From IMG/VR virus record IMGVR_UViG_3300023119_000021: 64,000 nucleotides of DNA; one strand, written 5' to 3'. Origin of the DNA: an uncultured virus (IMG/VR IMGVR_UViG_3300023119_000021). Its lineage: Duplodnaviria > Heunggongvirae > Uroviricota > Caudoviricetes > Crassvirales. The notes under the pieces were generated by a model, which saw only the letters and a program-made list of their open reading frames with translations, was not told the origin of the DNA and ran no database searches. Numbering within the stretch: position 1 is the first letter of the stretch; every line of letters begins with the position of its first letter. The position numbers were made by a program, and so were the translations under genes. Below are positions 27,331 through 37,160 of this stretch, one piece after another.

Positions 27331-27791
27331 TAGCAATACAACACGAAGGAGCAATTAAAAAATTCACTGCCTTACCAAAGGTATGGACAGATGAAAACGG
27401 CACGCATTTAAACATCACAGACGGAGCTTCTTTTGGATTCTATCCTGTAGTAACTCCAACGTATAATAGTTCAACACAGAGCTTAGGAGACATTATGTGG
27501 GATGCTGATGCATCTGTATTCACCTACCCTGTGATCGACAAAGTATGGACACAGACTCTTGAAGAAATGAAGGCTGCTAAAGTAACTGCATTGAAAAGTT
27601 TATACCATGCTGAATATGAAAAGACAGATTGGTATTATATTAGATTAACAGCTACAGGAGAAGCGGTTCCGCAAGGTGTTATAGATGCAAGAGCAAATTT
27701 TAAAACAGACTGTGATGCTCGTGAGGCAGAAATAAATGCATTAACAACACAAGCAGAGGTCGCTGAATATCAACTACCAAGCTTTATGTAA
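27327..27791 (+). CDS. Tail fibre assembly/chaperone-like protein
   Basis: Likely start ATG 27327; TDWYYIR...R...EAEINAL pattern. Confidence 0.65.
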   Translation: MIAIQHEGAIKKFTALPKVWTDENGTHLNITDGASFGFYPVVTPTYNSSTQSLGDIMWDADASVFTYPVIDKVWTQTLEEMKAAKVTALKSLYHAEYEKTDWYYIRLTATGEAVPQGVIDARANFKTDCDAREAEINALTTQAEVAEYQLPSFM

Positions 27792-30178
27792 TGGTTGGAA
27801 AAAGATTAGTTAATACAGGAGGGGCTGTTGCAGCATTTGACTCTTTACAAAACTTTGAAACTGTAACCTATACAGGGAATGGTGGTACACAAAAGATAAC
27901 AGGGTATATAAGAAAGGGTGCTGCTTTTAATGGGAGTAGTAGTAGAATAAATTACAGTTCTATTTTTACAGGAGAAGAAATTAGAACCTATTCGTTTTGG
28001 TTTAATACAGATTCTAATAATACAGGAACTGTTTTTATTTCAGGAGGAAAATTACAATTTACTATAGACCCTGACGCAACTAATTCTGTTACAATATATA
28101 AATGGAAAAATGGTCAATCACAATTTACTACAGGCACTCCTAATAATATGCGACAGGGAGTTGCCAATCCTACAATAAACCTAAATCAATGGTATCACGG
28201 AGTAGTAATTATGAGCGGTACAGCCGATGATGATTTTTCATTTTATTTAAACGGAAGTCAAGTATCGCTAACGTATTCAGATAATTATACAGCAGGATAT
28301 ACAAATGATGGTGATTGGATTGGAACAAATGGTAGGTATTCAAATGTATATTACAGTAATTTTTCAGGCAAAATAGACCAAGTAAGAATCTTTGACAAAG
28401 CATTATCTTCTTCAGAAGTAACTACTCTATACGGAGAAACCTACGCAAGTAGTACTAAATCAACTACGGATATATTCGGAGATGGTTCAGGTGTTGCTTT
28501 ATATCAGTTAGATGAGGATGCAAATGATACAGGAACAGGAGGAATAGATAGTGGACAGAGTGCGGTGTTTAATGGGAGTAGTAGTTTTATTGATACAGGA
28601 ATATCAGGACATAGTTTAGCTTGGGGTTATTCAGGTTGGTTTAATACAACCGCTACTTCAGGTGTAATATTAGCAAGTTTGAATGGTTCAGGTTCTTCAG
28701 ATGGGGTAAGTATATCTTTGCTATCAGGAGGAGTACTTAGGTTTATATTTGCAGTTGGAGGTACTCTTACTGTTTCTTCAGGTTTTGATCTTGGTAGTGG
28801 TTTAAATGATGGTAATTGGCATTTCTTTGCTTATACTTGGGATGGTGTTTCGGGTAATGATGTTGCCATAAGAATTGATAATAATAGTTATAGCTATACC
28901 CCAACAATAGGAGGAACAACAACTTCAGATACAACGCTTAAAATTGGTAGGGCGGGCATTGCTGCAGCAGGTGGTTATTTAAATGGCAAAATTGACCAAG
29001 TAAGAATATACTCTTCAGCATTAAGTGGTTCAGATTTAACTAACTTATACAATGAATCAAGTGTGCCAACTGCAAATCTTGTTGCCCACTATAAATTAGA
29101 TGGAGATGCAACAGACGAGCAGGGAAGCTATAATGGAACCGCAACATCAATAACATATTCAGACCCCGCAGCGATAGTTTACAACGGAACACCTACCAAC
29201 GTAAACTTTTTAGGTATGGCATTCCAGCCTGATTTGGTTTGGATTAAATCTCGCAATCACGGATATAGTCATCACATTCAAGATGTTATAAGGGGGGCGG
29301 GTCCATTAAAAGATATTAGTTCTGACGGAACTTGGGCAGAAGGCACATATAATTATGGTTCTGTTGATAGTTTTGATACAAATGGATTTACTGTTGGTAG
29401 TGGTGGACATTCTACTTATGGTCGAGCTCAAGTAAACGAAAGTGGAAAAACCTACGCTGCTTGGTGTTGGAAAGCAGCAGATACTACAACTTCTTATTCA
29501 GCAAGTGGTAGTCAATTAGCTGCGGATGTAAGAGCAAATACTGCTGCAGGATTCAGTATAATTAAATTTACAGGAACAGCAGGTAATGCAGAAGTACCGC
29601 ACGGATTAAATGAAGCACCCGAAATGTGGATTGTTAAAGATACGGATGCAGCCGACCATTGGTGGGTATATCATAAAGATATAGGTACTACAAAATCTTT
29701 TATGTTAAACCGAGATTCTGAAGCAAAAACTCCATCTGCTTGGGGATATGGTTCGGGAACATTTTTTAATAATTTAGCACCAACATCAAGCGTTATAAAT
29801 ATAGGAAAACTTACCAATTATTTTAGTGGAAACGTAAATATAATGTATGCCTTCCATTCAGTAGATGGGTATCAAAAGGTGGGGAGTTATACAGGTGCAG
29901 GTTCGTCAGGATTAAATGTTACTACAGGATTCAGACCAAGATGGGTAATGATTAAAAGGACTGATTCTGCTAATTATTGGACTATTTTTGATTCTGTAAG
30001 AGATACTATCGATCCTTATTCATATAGATTATATCCAAATACTTCAGATGCAGAATCTGATGGAGGTTCTACAACTGCTATAAGTTTTTCAGATACAGGA
30101 TTTAGTATGAGTACCTCAGCAATTGGGGGTTCTATTAACCAATCAGGAGGAACATACATCTATTTAGCAATAGCATAA
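27791..30178 (+). CDS. Fibre/adhesin with two LamG domains, paralogue of 13296-16928
   Basis: TYTGNGGTQ, GKIDQVRI twice, FQPDLVWIK, HSVDGYQKVGSYTG, YIYLAIA. Confidence 0.85.
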   Translation: MVGKRLVNTGGAVAAFDSLQNFETVTYTGNGGTQKITGYIRKGAAFNGSSSRINYSSIFTGEEIRTYSFWFNTDSNNTGTVFISGGKLQFTIDPDATNSVTIYKWKNGQSQFTTGTPNNMRQGVANPTINLNQWYHGVVIMSGTADDDFSFYLNGSQVSLTYSDNYTAGYTNDGDWIGTNGRYSNVYYSNFSGKIDQVRIFDKALSSSEVTTLYGETYASSTKSTTDIFGDGSGVALYQLDEDANDTGTGGIDSGQSAVFNGSSSFIDTGISGHSLAWGYSGWFNTTATSGVILASLNGSGSSDGVSISLLSGGVLRFIFAVGGTLTVSSGFDLGSGLNDGNWHFFAYTWDGVSGNDVAIRIDNNSYSYTPTIGGTTTSDTTLKIGRAGIAAAGGYLNGKIDQVRIYSSALSGSDLTNLYNESSVPTANLVAHYKLDGDATDEQGSYNGTATSITYSDPAAIVYNGTPTNVNFLGMAFQPDLVWIKSRNHGYSHHIQDVIRGAGPLKDISSDGTWAEGTYNYGSVDSFDTNGFTVGSGGHSTYGRAQVNESGKTYAAWCWKAADTTTSYSASGSQLAADVRANTAAGFSIIKFTGTAGNAEVPHGLNEAPEMWIVKDTDAADHWWVYHKDIGTTKSFMLNRDSEAKTPSAWGYGSGTFFNNLAPTSSVINIGKLTNYFSGNVNIMYAFHSVDGYQKVGSYTGAGSSGLNVTTGFRPRWVMIKRTDSANYWTIFDSVRDTIDPYSYRLYPNTSDAESDGGSTTAISFSDTGFSMSTSAIGGSINQSGGTYIYLAIA

Positions 30179-30198
30179 ACAACAGAAAATTAAATAAA

Positions 30199-30417
30199 AT
30201 GAACTATATTAGAAAGATTTCAGTAGGCGCAGATTACAAGAACGCCATGCATTATATAATAAACCAAGAGGTTTTAGGAGGGTCTTACGTTATAAGTGAT
30301 ATAGCTCAAGAACAAGAAGGATTCAGCGTTTGGGTTAAGAAAAACGAAGAGTCTGTAAAATGGAAAGAGTTTAAGGACATTCCAATAGTAGTTGAATACA
30401 ATATAAATTTAATATGA
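30199..30417 (+). CDS. Hypothetical protein
   Basis: IRKISVGADYKNAMHY; coupled to the GroES-like gene. Confidence 0.7.
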   Translation: MNYIRKISVGADYKNAMHYIINQEVLGGSYVISDIAQEQEGFSVWVKKNEESVKWKEFKDIPIVVEYNINLI

Positions 30418-30959
30418 AACCAAGATGGGATTATTTAATCAAACCACTCGGGAAGGAATACAACAACACAAAGAAAATAGCAGGAGAAAGCTTCGTAGTC
30501 AACACGTCTTTGGAGGATGCAACCTTTGTGAACAGGCTGGGAGTTGTGTGTGCGGTGCCGAATGGTGGACAAGTACCTGTGGGTAGCATTGTCGTAGTAC
30601 ATCATAATGTATTTAGAACTTACCTTGACATGAAGGGTAATAAAAGAAAGAGTAACGAATACTTTCGTGATGATGAGTATTTAGTTAGTCCCGAAAGAAT
30701 ATACATGTATAAGGATGATGAAGGGTGGAAAACTACAAAAGACTATTGCTTTATTTCTCCTGTCGATTATAATCAAGATAGTGAAATTTATAGATCAGAC
30801 AAGAAAGAAGAGGAGCATGTGGGAATTGTAAAACATAGTAGTATCTTTGAGAAAGGAGAGAAAGTAGGCTTTACAAGAAACTCAGAGTACGAGTTTACTA
30901 TAGACGATGAAAGATTCTATAGAATGAAGCATAACGATATTTGTATTAAATTTAATTAA
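30414..30959 (+). CDS. Second, enlarged GroES-like protein (probably two GroES-fold halves)
   Basis: YLIKP...GVVCAVP...VGSIVVVHH, then CFISPV...GIVKH...GEKVGF...IDDERFYRM. Confidence 0.6.
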   Translation: MKPRWDYLIKPLGKEYNNTKKIAGESFVVNTSLEDATFVNRLGVVCAVPNGGQVPVGSIVVVHHNVFRTYLDMKGNKRKSNEYFRDDEYLVSPERIYMYKDDEGWKTTKDYCFISPVDYNQDSEIYRSDKKEEEHVGIVKHSSIFEKGEKVGFTRNSEYEFTIDDERFYRMKHNDICIKFN

Positions 30960-31023
30960 ATGGAAGAGTATTGGGTCACCACATCAACGTGGGAAAATTA
31001 TTGTTTCACTTATACATACACTG

Positions 31024-31323
31024 ATGAGTAATACTAAGGATACAATATTAAGAGTTATATCGGCAGGAGAAAAGGCTGTGGATGAGCTTATAAAAGTTGC
31101 TGAGGAAAAAATCATTACAGGACACAAGGATGACGATTTAGCTGCTGATAGATTAAAAAATGCTGCGGCAACTAAAAGATTAGCTATAGAGGATGCATTT
31201 GCAATACTGCAACGTATAGAGAACGAAAGAGAAAAGCTAAATGGCGAAGACCAGACTAAGGACAGTAAAGGAAAAGATAAAGGATTCCAAAGCTTTGCAG
31301 AATCTCGAGGACGAAAGTCTTGA
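31024..31323 (+). CDS. Terminase small subunit candidate
   Basis: Helical 99 aa protein immediately upstream of terL; positional inference. Confidence 0.5.
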   Translation: MSNTKDTILRVISAGEKAVDELIKVAEEKIITGHKDDDLAADRLKNAAATKRLAIEDAFAILQRIENEREKLNGEDQTKDSKGKDKGFQSFAESRGRKS

Positions 31324-33520
31324 GCTATGTAAGGTTGTATCTCATATTAATTCAAAAGTGATAGACAAGCTAAACAAAAACAAAGCTTGGAATTATGGCT
31401 ACAACAAAGATCATGATGTTGTGGTTATATCTAAATCTGGTAAAATAGGAGAGGTTGTAGAGATACAGAATCTAAAAATAGCATTACCTTTGCAACCTGA
31501 AAAAATACATCAAAGGAGTGCCAAAGAATCAGAACAGTATTGGGAGCCATTTGAAAACCCAAGAGAACTTACGAAAATCAAGACCATATTCCAGTGGAAT
31601 GAGTACCCGAATGCATTCAAAGAGTCATGGGTCGATTACATTGAAAATGAGTTCGAGAGAAGGGAGGATGGTTTTTGGTTTAAAAATAATGGTTTTCCTA
31701 CTTACATTACTGGCACTCATTACATGTACCTCCAATGGACAAAGATTGATGTCGGACATCCAGAGTACAGAGAATCGAACAGAATCTTTTTTATCTTCTG
31801 GGAAGCATGCAAGGCGGATGAAAGGTCATACGGAATGTGCTATCTTAAGAACAGACGGTCTGGTTTCTCATTCATGTCTAGCGCAGAAACAGTCAATCAA
31901 GCTACAGTCACCTCCGATGCTCGGTTCGGTATTCTTTCCAAGAGTGGTGCAGATGCCAAAAAAATGTTCACAGACAAGGTCGTTCCAATATCAACAAACT
32001 ATCCTTTCTTTTTCAAGCCCATTCAAGACGGTATGGATAGACCAAAAACAGAACTGGCATATAGGGTGCCTGCATCAAAGCTTACCAGAAGATCTATTGC
32101 GGACACAGAAAATGAAGAAATACTTACTGGACTCGATACAACAATCGACTGGAAGAACACTGGAGACAACTCCTACGATGGTGAAAAGCTACGACTTCTT
32201 GTCCATGATGAATCTGGAAAGTGGGAAAAACCCGATAATATCCTCAACAACTGGCGTGTCACTAAAACTACACTAAGACTTGGACGCAGGATTATTGGCA
32301 AATGCCTTATGGGGTCCACATCGAATGCTTTAGATAAAGGTGGTAACAACTTTAAAAAATTATACAACGACTCTGACGTAACACAAAGAAACGCTAACGG
32401 TCAAACCAAAAGCGGAATGTATTCTTTGTTTATACCTATGGAGTGGAACTTTGAGGGGTTTTTAGATCAATACGGACAGCCAGTATTCAGAAAGCCAAAT
32501 AAAGCCATTTTAGACCCTTATGGGGATGTTATAGATGGAGGGGTACTTGACTACTGGGAAAATGAAGTAGAGAGCCTTAAAAACGATTCTGATGCACTCA
32601 ACGAGTTCTATAGACAGTTTCCTCGAACAGAGGGTCATGCATTTAGAGATGAGGCAAAGAATAGTTTATTTAATCTCACAAGAATATATGAGCAGATAGA
32701 CTTTAATGATGGGCTTCAAAGGCAAAGAGTTGTACAGAGAGGTTCTTTTCATTGGAAGAATGGAGTGAAAGATTCAGAGGTTATATGGACTCCAGAGAAG
32801 CACGGAAGATTCTATGTGAGCTGGATACCACCACGAGAGCTTAGGAATAGAGTTATAAACAAAAATGGATTTAAGTATCCTGGAAACGAACACATTGGTT
32901 CTTTTGGTTGTGACTCCTATGATATATCAGGAACAGTAGGGGGTGGAGGATCTAACGGAGCTCTTCATGGGTTTACAAAGCCAAACCTTGATGGACCATC
33001 AAACTCATTCTTTTTAGAATATATATACAGACCACAGACGGCAGAACTTTTTTATGAAGATGTTCTTATGGCTATGGTGTTTTATGGAATGCCTGTGTTA
33101 GCAGAGAACAATAAACCAAGATTACTATATCATTTAAAAAATAGAGGATATAGAAAGTGGAGTATAAACAGACCTGACAAACATAGAAACGACTTGTCAA
33201 AAGCAGAAAAAGAACTCGGAGGCATACCATCCTCACCAGCAGTAATTTCCATTCATGCCGAAGCAATAGAAAGCTATATAGAAGAGAATGTTGGATTTAG
33301 TGATGAGGGCACTGGAGACATGTATTTTACAAGGACTTTGCTCGATTGGGCAAACTACGATATAAACAAAAGAACCAAATTTGATGCTACTGTTAGTTCA
33401 GGTTTAGCAATCATGGCAAACCAGAAGTATGTGGTTAAGCCTCAGAAAAATAATATAGAAATAAATGTTAACTTTGCAAAGTATAATAATGGCGGCATAG
33501 TTAGCTCTATTATAAAGTAA
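31241..33520 (+). CDS. terL: Terminase large subunit
   Basis: Walker A-like KNRRSGFS, Walker B LLVHDESGK, GST motif, nuclease GCDSYD...FDATVSSG; upstream of portal. Confidence 0.92.
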   Translation: MAKTRLRTVKEKIKDSKALQNLEDESLELCKVVSHINSKVIDKLNKNKAWNYGYNKDHDVVVISKSGKIGEVVEIQNLKIALPLQPEKIHQRSAKESEQYWEPFENPRELTKIKTIFQWNEYPNAFKESWVDYIENEFERREDGFWFKNNGFPTYITGTHYMYLQWTKIDVGHPEYRESNRIFFIFWEACKADERSYGMCYLKNRRSGFSFMSSAETVNQATVTSDARFGILSKSGADAKKMFTDKVVPISTNYPFFFKPIQDGMDRPKTELAYRVPASKLTRRSIADTENEEILTGLDTTIDWKNTGDNSYDGEKLRLLVHDESGKWEKPDNILNNWRVTKTTLRLGRRIIGKCLMGSTSNALDKGGNNFKKLYNDSDVTQRNANGQTKSGMYSLFIPMEWNFEGFLDQYGQPVFRKPNKAILDPYGDVIDGGVLDYWENEVESLKNDSDALNEFYRQFPRTEGHAFRDEAKNSLFNLTRIYEQIDFNDGLQRQRVVQRGSFHWKNGVKDSEVIWTPEKHGRFYVSWIPPRELRNRVINKNGFKYPGNEHIGSFGCDSYDISGTVGGGGSNGALHGFTKPNLDGPSNSFFLEYIYRPQTAELFYEDVLMAMVFYGMPVLAENNKPRLLYHLKNRGYRKWSINRPDKHRNDLSKAEKELGGIPSSPAVISIHAEAIESYIEENVGFSDEGTGDMYFTRTLLDWANYDINKRTKFDATVSSGLAIMANQKYVVKPQKNNIEINVNFAKYNNGGIVSSIIK

Positions 33521-33524
33521 CAAT

Positions 33525-35948
33525 ATGCAAGGATCTTCTGGGAGATACGTTATAGGATTTCCAAATCAATTAGCTTCTGATGCTGAAAAGGCATCTAATG
33601 AATATGGGCTCATGGTTGGGCGTGCTATAGAATCAGAGTGGTTCAGAAAAGAAGGCGGACAATCAAGATTCTACAACAATAGAGATACATATCATAAACT
33701 AAGAACTTATGCTATGGGTGAGCAGTCTGTACGAAAGTATAAAGACGAGCTTGCTGTAAATGGTGACATTTCATATCTAAACTTAGATTGGACACCAGTG
33801 CCTATTATACCTAAGTTTGTTGACATTGTAGTCAATGGTATATCTAATAGACTATTTGACGTTAAGGCTGAGGCAGTAGACCCAGTATCTTCTAACAAAA
33901 AGGCAATGTATAAAAACCGCATCCAGACAGAGATGCGAAACAAAGAAGACTTTGAAGAGATTGGAGCATTGTTAGGGAAGAATATGTTTTCTACCCAACC
34001 TGATATGTTACCAGAGACTGACGATGAGCTTGATCTTCACATGAAGATTGACTACAAAGACGATATTGAAATTGCTGAAGAAAAGGCAATTGAAACTACA
34101 TTAAAATTTAACAACTACGAGTTGGTTAAAAGAAGAGTAGACGAAGATGCTACTGTTCTTGGAATATCTGCTGTAAAACATTCATTCAACAGACATGAAG
34201 GTATTCGTGCTGAATATGTGGACCCAGCAGACTTAGTATACAGTCCAACAGAGGATCCATACTTTGATGATTGCTATTACTTTGGTGAGGTTAAAAATGT
34301 AAACATAACTGAATTAAAGAAAATAGATCCATCATTGAGCCAAGAGGAGATTGACGAAATTGCAAAGTCTTCCTCTAAGTTTGATGCATATCAAGGTATG
34401 AGAGGTGGGTATAAGACTGATAATTTTGATTTTAACACAGCTACATTGCTGTATTTCTGTTACAAGACGGATAAGAATATCGTATACAAGAAAAAGAAAA
34501 ACGCCTACGGAGGAGAGAAGGTATTAAAAAAGGACGATCAATTCAACCCACCAAAAACAGAACAAGCACGTTTTGAAAAACTCTCTAAAAGAATTGATGT
34601 ATGGTACGAAGGTGTACTTGTATTAGGCACAAACAAAATCCTCAAGTGGGAACTGATGAAAAACATGGTGCGTCCGAAAAGCTCGATGGAGAAGGTATAC
34701 GCTCCATTTATTGTCAGTGCGCCAAAAATGTACAGAGGTCAGATTGATTCTCTTGTAAAAAGAATGATTCCATTTGCCGATCAGATACAGCTATTACATC
34801 TTAAGTTACAGCAAGTAGCAGCTAAAATGATACCAGATGGAGTATTTATTGATATCGATGGTCTTTCTTCTATTAATCTTGGTAACGGAAATAGTTACTC
34901 ACCGCAAGAAGCGTTGAACTTGTACTTCCAAACAGGATCAGTTATAGGAAGAAGCTATACAGAAGAAGGTGAGTTTAATAATGGTAAGGTGCCAGTGCAA
35001 GAGCTAACCTCGTCTGGAGCCAATGCTAAGATCTCATCTCTTATCAATATGTATAACTACAATCTCAATTTATTGAGAGGCGTGACAGGCTTAAATGAAG
35101 CAAGAGACGGTTCTATGCCAGACTCAAATGCTTTAGTTGGAGTTCAGAAGCTTGCAGCATTAAACTCTAATACAGCTACAAGACACATTCTTAAATCAGG
35201 ACTGTTTACCACACAAAGATTGGCAGAGTGTGTTAGCTACAGAATCTCAGACATATTAGAATACTCTGATATGAAAGAGGACTTCATCAAGAACATAGGA
35301 AGACACAGTGTGGATATTCTGGAAGAGATTAGTGAGCTACACTTACATGACTTCGGCATATTTATCGAGCTACATCCTGATGAAGAAGAGAAGCAAATGC
35401 TTGAGCAAAACATTCAGACCTCTCTATCAGCTGGCAAAATCGATATAGATGATGCTATTGATATTCGTAGCATTAAGAATGTAAAGATAGCCTCACAACT
35501 ACTTAAGGTTAGAAAAAGACGTAAAGAAAAACTCGACAACAAACGTCAGCAAGAAAATATTGCGTTACAAGCTGAAGCAAACCAACAAGCGGCTATGGCT
35601 GCAGAACAAGGCAAGCAGCAAACAGCTTTAGCTACAATGGAAGCTGAGGCTAAAATAAAACAGCTTGAAGCTGAGCTTGATATGCAAAAAATGCAGCAAG
35701 AGTTCTACTATAAGATGGAGCTTATTAAAATGCAGAAAGGTATTGACAGTCAAATCAAATCTACAGAGCTACAACTACAAAGAGAAAAGGAAGCTTACAA
35801 AGAAGACAGAAAAGATAAAAGAACTGCGAAGCAAGCAACTCAACAATCTAAATTAATTCAACAAAGACAACAGGACTTAGATCCTATAGATTTCGATGGT
35901 CAAGACTTGTTAGGATCTGGCATGGAGGGAATCGTGGGCGTTGAATAA
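33525..35948 (+). CDS. Portal protein
   Basis: 807 aa following terL; VPIIPKFVDIVVNG, VTGLNEARDG; long C-terminal Q/E coiled coil (P22-like barrel). Confidence 0.88.
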   Translation: MQGSSGRYVIGFPNQLASDAEKASNEYGLMVGRAIESEWFRKEGGQSRFYNNRDTYHKLRTYAMGEQSVRKYKDELAVNGDISYLNLDWTPVPIIPKFVDIVVNGISNRLFDVKAEAVDPVSSNKKAMYKNRIQTEMRNKEDFEEIGALLGKNMFSTQPDMLPETDDELDLHMKIDYKDDIEIAEEKAIETTLKFNNYELVKRRVDEDATVLGISAVKHSFNRHEGIRAEYVDPADLVYSPTEDPYFDDCYYFGEVKNVNITELKKIDPSLSQEEIDEIAKSSSKFDAYQGMRGGYKTDNFDFNTATLLYFCYKTDKNIVYKKKKNAYGGEKVLKKDDQFNPPKTEQARFEKLSKRIDVWYEGVLVLGTNKILKWELMKNMVRPKSSMEKVYAPFIVSAPKMYRGQIDSLVKRMIPFADQIQLLHLKLQQVAAKMIPDGVFIDIDGLSSINLGNGNSYSPQEALNLYFQTGSVIGRSYTEEGEFNNGKVPVQELTSSGANAKISSLINMYNYNLNLLRGVTGLNEARDGSMPDSNALVGVQKLAALNSNTATRHILKSGLFTTQRLAECVSYRISDILEYSDMKEDFIKNIGRHSVDILEEISELHLHDFGIFIELHPDEEEKQMLEQNIQTSLSAGKIDIDDAIDIRSIKNVKIASQLLKVRKRRKEKLDNKRQQENIALQAEANQQAAMAAEQGKQQTALATMEAEAKIKQLEAELDMQKMQQEFYYKMELIKMQKGIDSQIKSTELQLQREKEAYKEDRKDKRTAKQATQQSKLIQQRQQDLDPIDFDGQDLLGSGMEGIVGVE

Positions 35949-35983
35949 TTTTATAATTTTGTAATTCAATTTAATTTAATCAT

Positions 35984-37141
35984 ATGGAATGGAAAGTGAG
36001 GGCTTTGGATGACGAAGGTAATCCTATTGAGCCAAAACAAGAAGAGCAACAGCCAGTACAAGAACAGGCTACTGAGACTCCTGAAGTTCAGGAAACACAA
36101 GAACCTGAGGTACAGACTGAAGTAAAAATAGAAGATGCTGCACAGCAAGAGCAAGAAGTCGTCAGCGAGCAAGTTCAAGAAGTGCAAGAAGACGTAAAGG
36201 TTGAAAAGCCTATAGAGTTAGACGATACAAGCATCTTAAGTTATTTAAAGGATAGGCACAACCTTGAGGTTGAGTCTATTGACGTTCTTAAAAATACTGG
36301 AAACAAACAAGAGCAATCTATACCAGAGGACATTGCTAAGTTTATGGAGTATAAGAATGAGACAGGACGCTCATTTGATGATTACGCAAAACTGCAGCAA
36401 GACTGGACTCAGGTAGAGGATACTACAGTTCTTCGTGAGTACTATCGACAAGATAAACCTCACTTGGATGCTGAAGAGATTGATTTCTTAATTAACGAAG
36501 AGTACAGCTATGACGCTGAGCTTGACGATGAAAAGGATATCAAAAAGAAAAAGATTGCTTATAAAGAAGAATTATCAAAGGCAAGAAGCTACTTTGAAGG
36601 ATTGAAGGAAAAATACAAGGCACCACTTGAGTCAAGAGATGCTGAGATTCCTGATAACTACAAGGAGGCTTTTAGTTTTTATAATCAATACAGAGAACAA
36701 TCTGAGCAAGAAACAAAAGCTCAAGAGGAACGATCTCGTATCTTTACGGAGAAGACTAACAATCTTTTTTCCAATGAGTTCAAAGGTTTTGAGTTCAATG
36801 CTGGAGATAAGAAGCAAGTCTACAAGCCGTCAGATGTAAATAAGGTTAAGGAAGTTCAATCAGATATAAACAACTTCTTTAATCAACATTTAGATGAAAA
36901 CGGTGTAGTTAAAGATATTAATGCGTACCACAAAGCTTTGTACGCTGCACAGAATGCTGATGCAATATTTAAGTTCGCTTACGAACAAGGTAAAGCTGAT
37001 GCAACTGATGGGTTAGTCAAAGAAACAAAGAACATCGATATGAATGTTCGTGAAAACATAAAGACTGACAGTACAGGTACAAAGTTTAGAGCAGTTTCAA
37101 GTGATGATTCGTTTTCGTTTAAAATTAAAAAACGACAATAA
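35984..37141 (+). CDS. Capsid scaffolding protein (putative)
   Basis: Acidic, E/Q-rich, between portal and capsid; TAATTTTG box at 35954-35961. Confidence 0.75.
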   Translation: MEWKVRALDDEGNPIEPKQEEQQPVQEQATETPEVQETQEPEVQTEVKIEDAAQQEQEVVSEQVQEVQEDVKVEKPIELDDTSILSYLKDRHNLEVESIDVLKNTGNKQEQSIPEDIAKFMEYKNETGRSFDDYAKLQQDWTQVEDTTVLREYYRQDKPHLDAEEIDFLINEEYSYDAELDDEKDIKKKKIAYKEELSKARSYFEGLKEKYKAPLESRDAEIPDNYKEAFSFYNQYREQSEQETKAQEERSRIFTEKTNNLFSNEFKGFEFNAGDKKQVYKPSDVNKVKEVQSDINNFFNQHLDENGVVKDINAYHKALYAAQNADAIFKFAYEQGKADATDGLVKETKNIDMNVRENIKTDSTGTKFRAVSSDDSFSFKIKKRQ

Positions 37142-37160
37142 TCACTAAAAAAACTTTAAA

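Noticed and set aside
13296..30182. Diversity-generating retroelement acting on fibre C-termini
   Set aside because: No reverse transcriptase in the window and no ~100-bp TR/VR pair differing only at adenines; the shared blocks are short and lie in coding paralogues.
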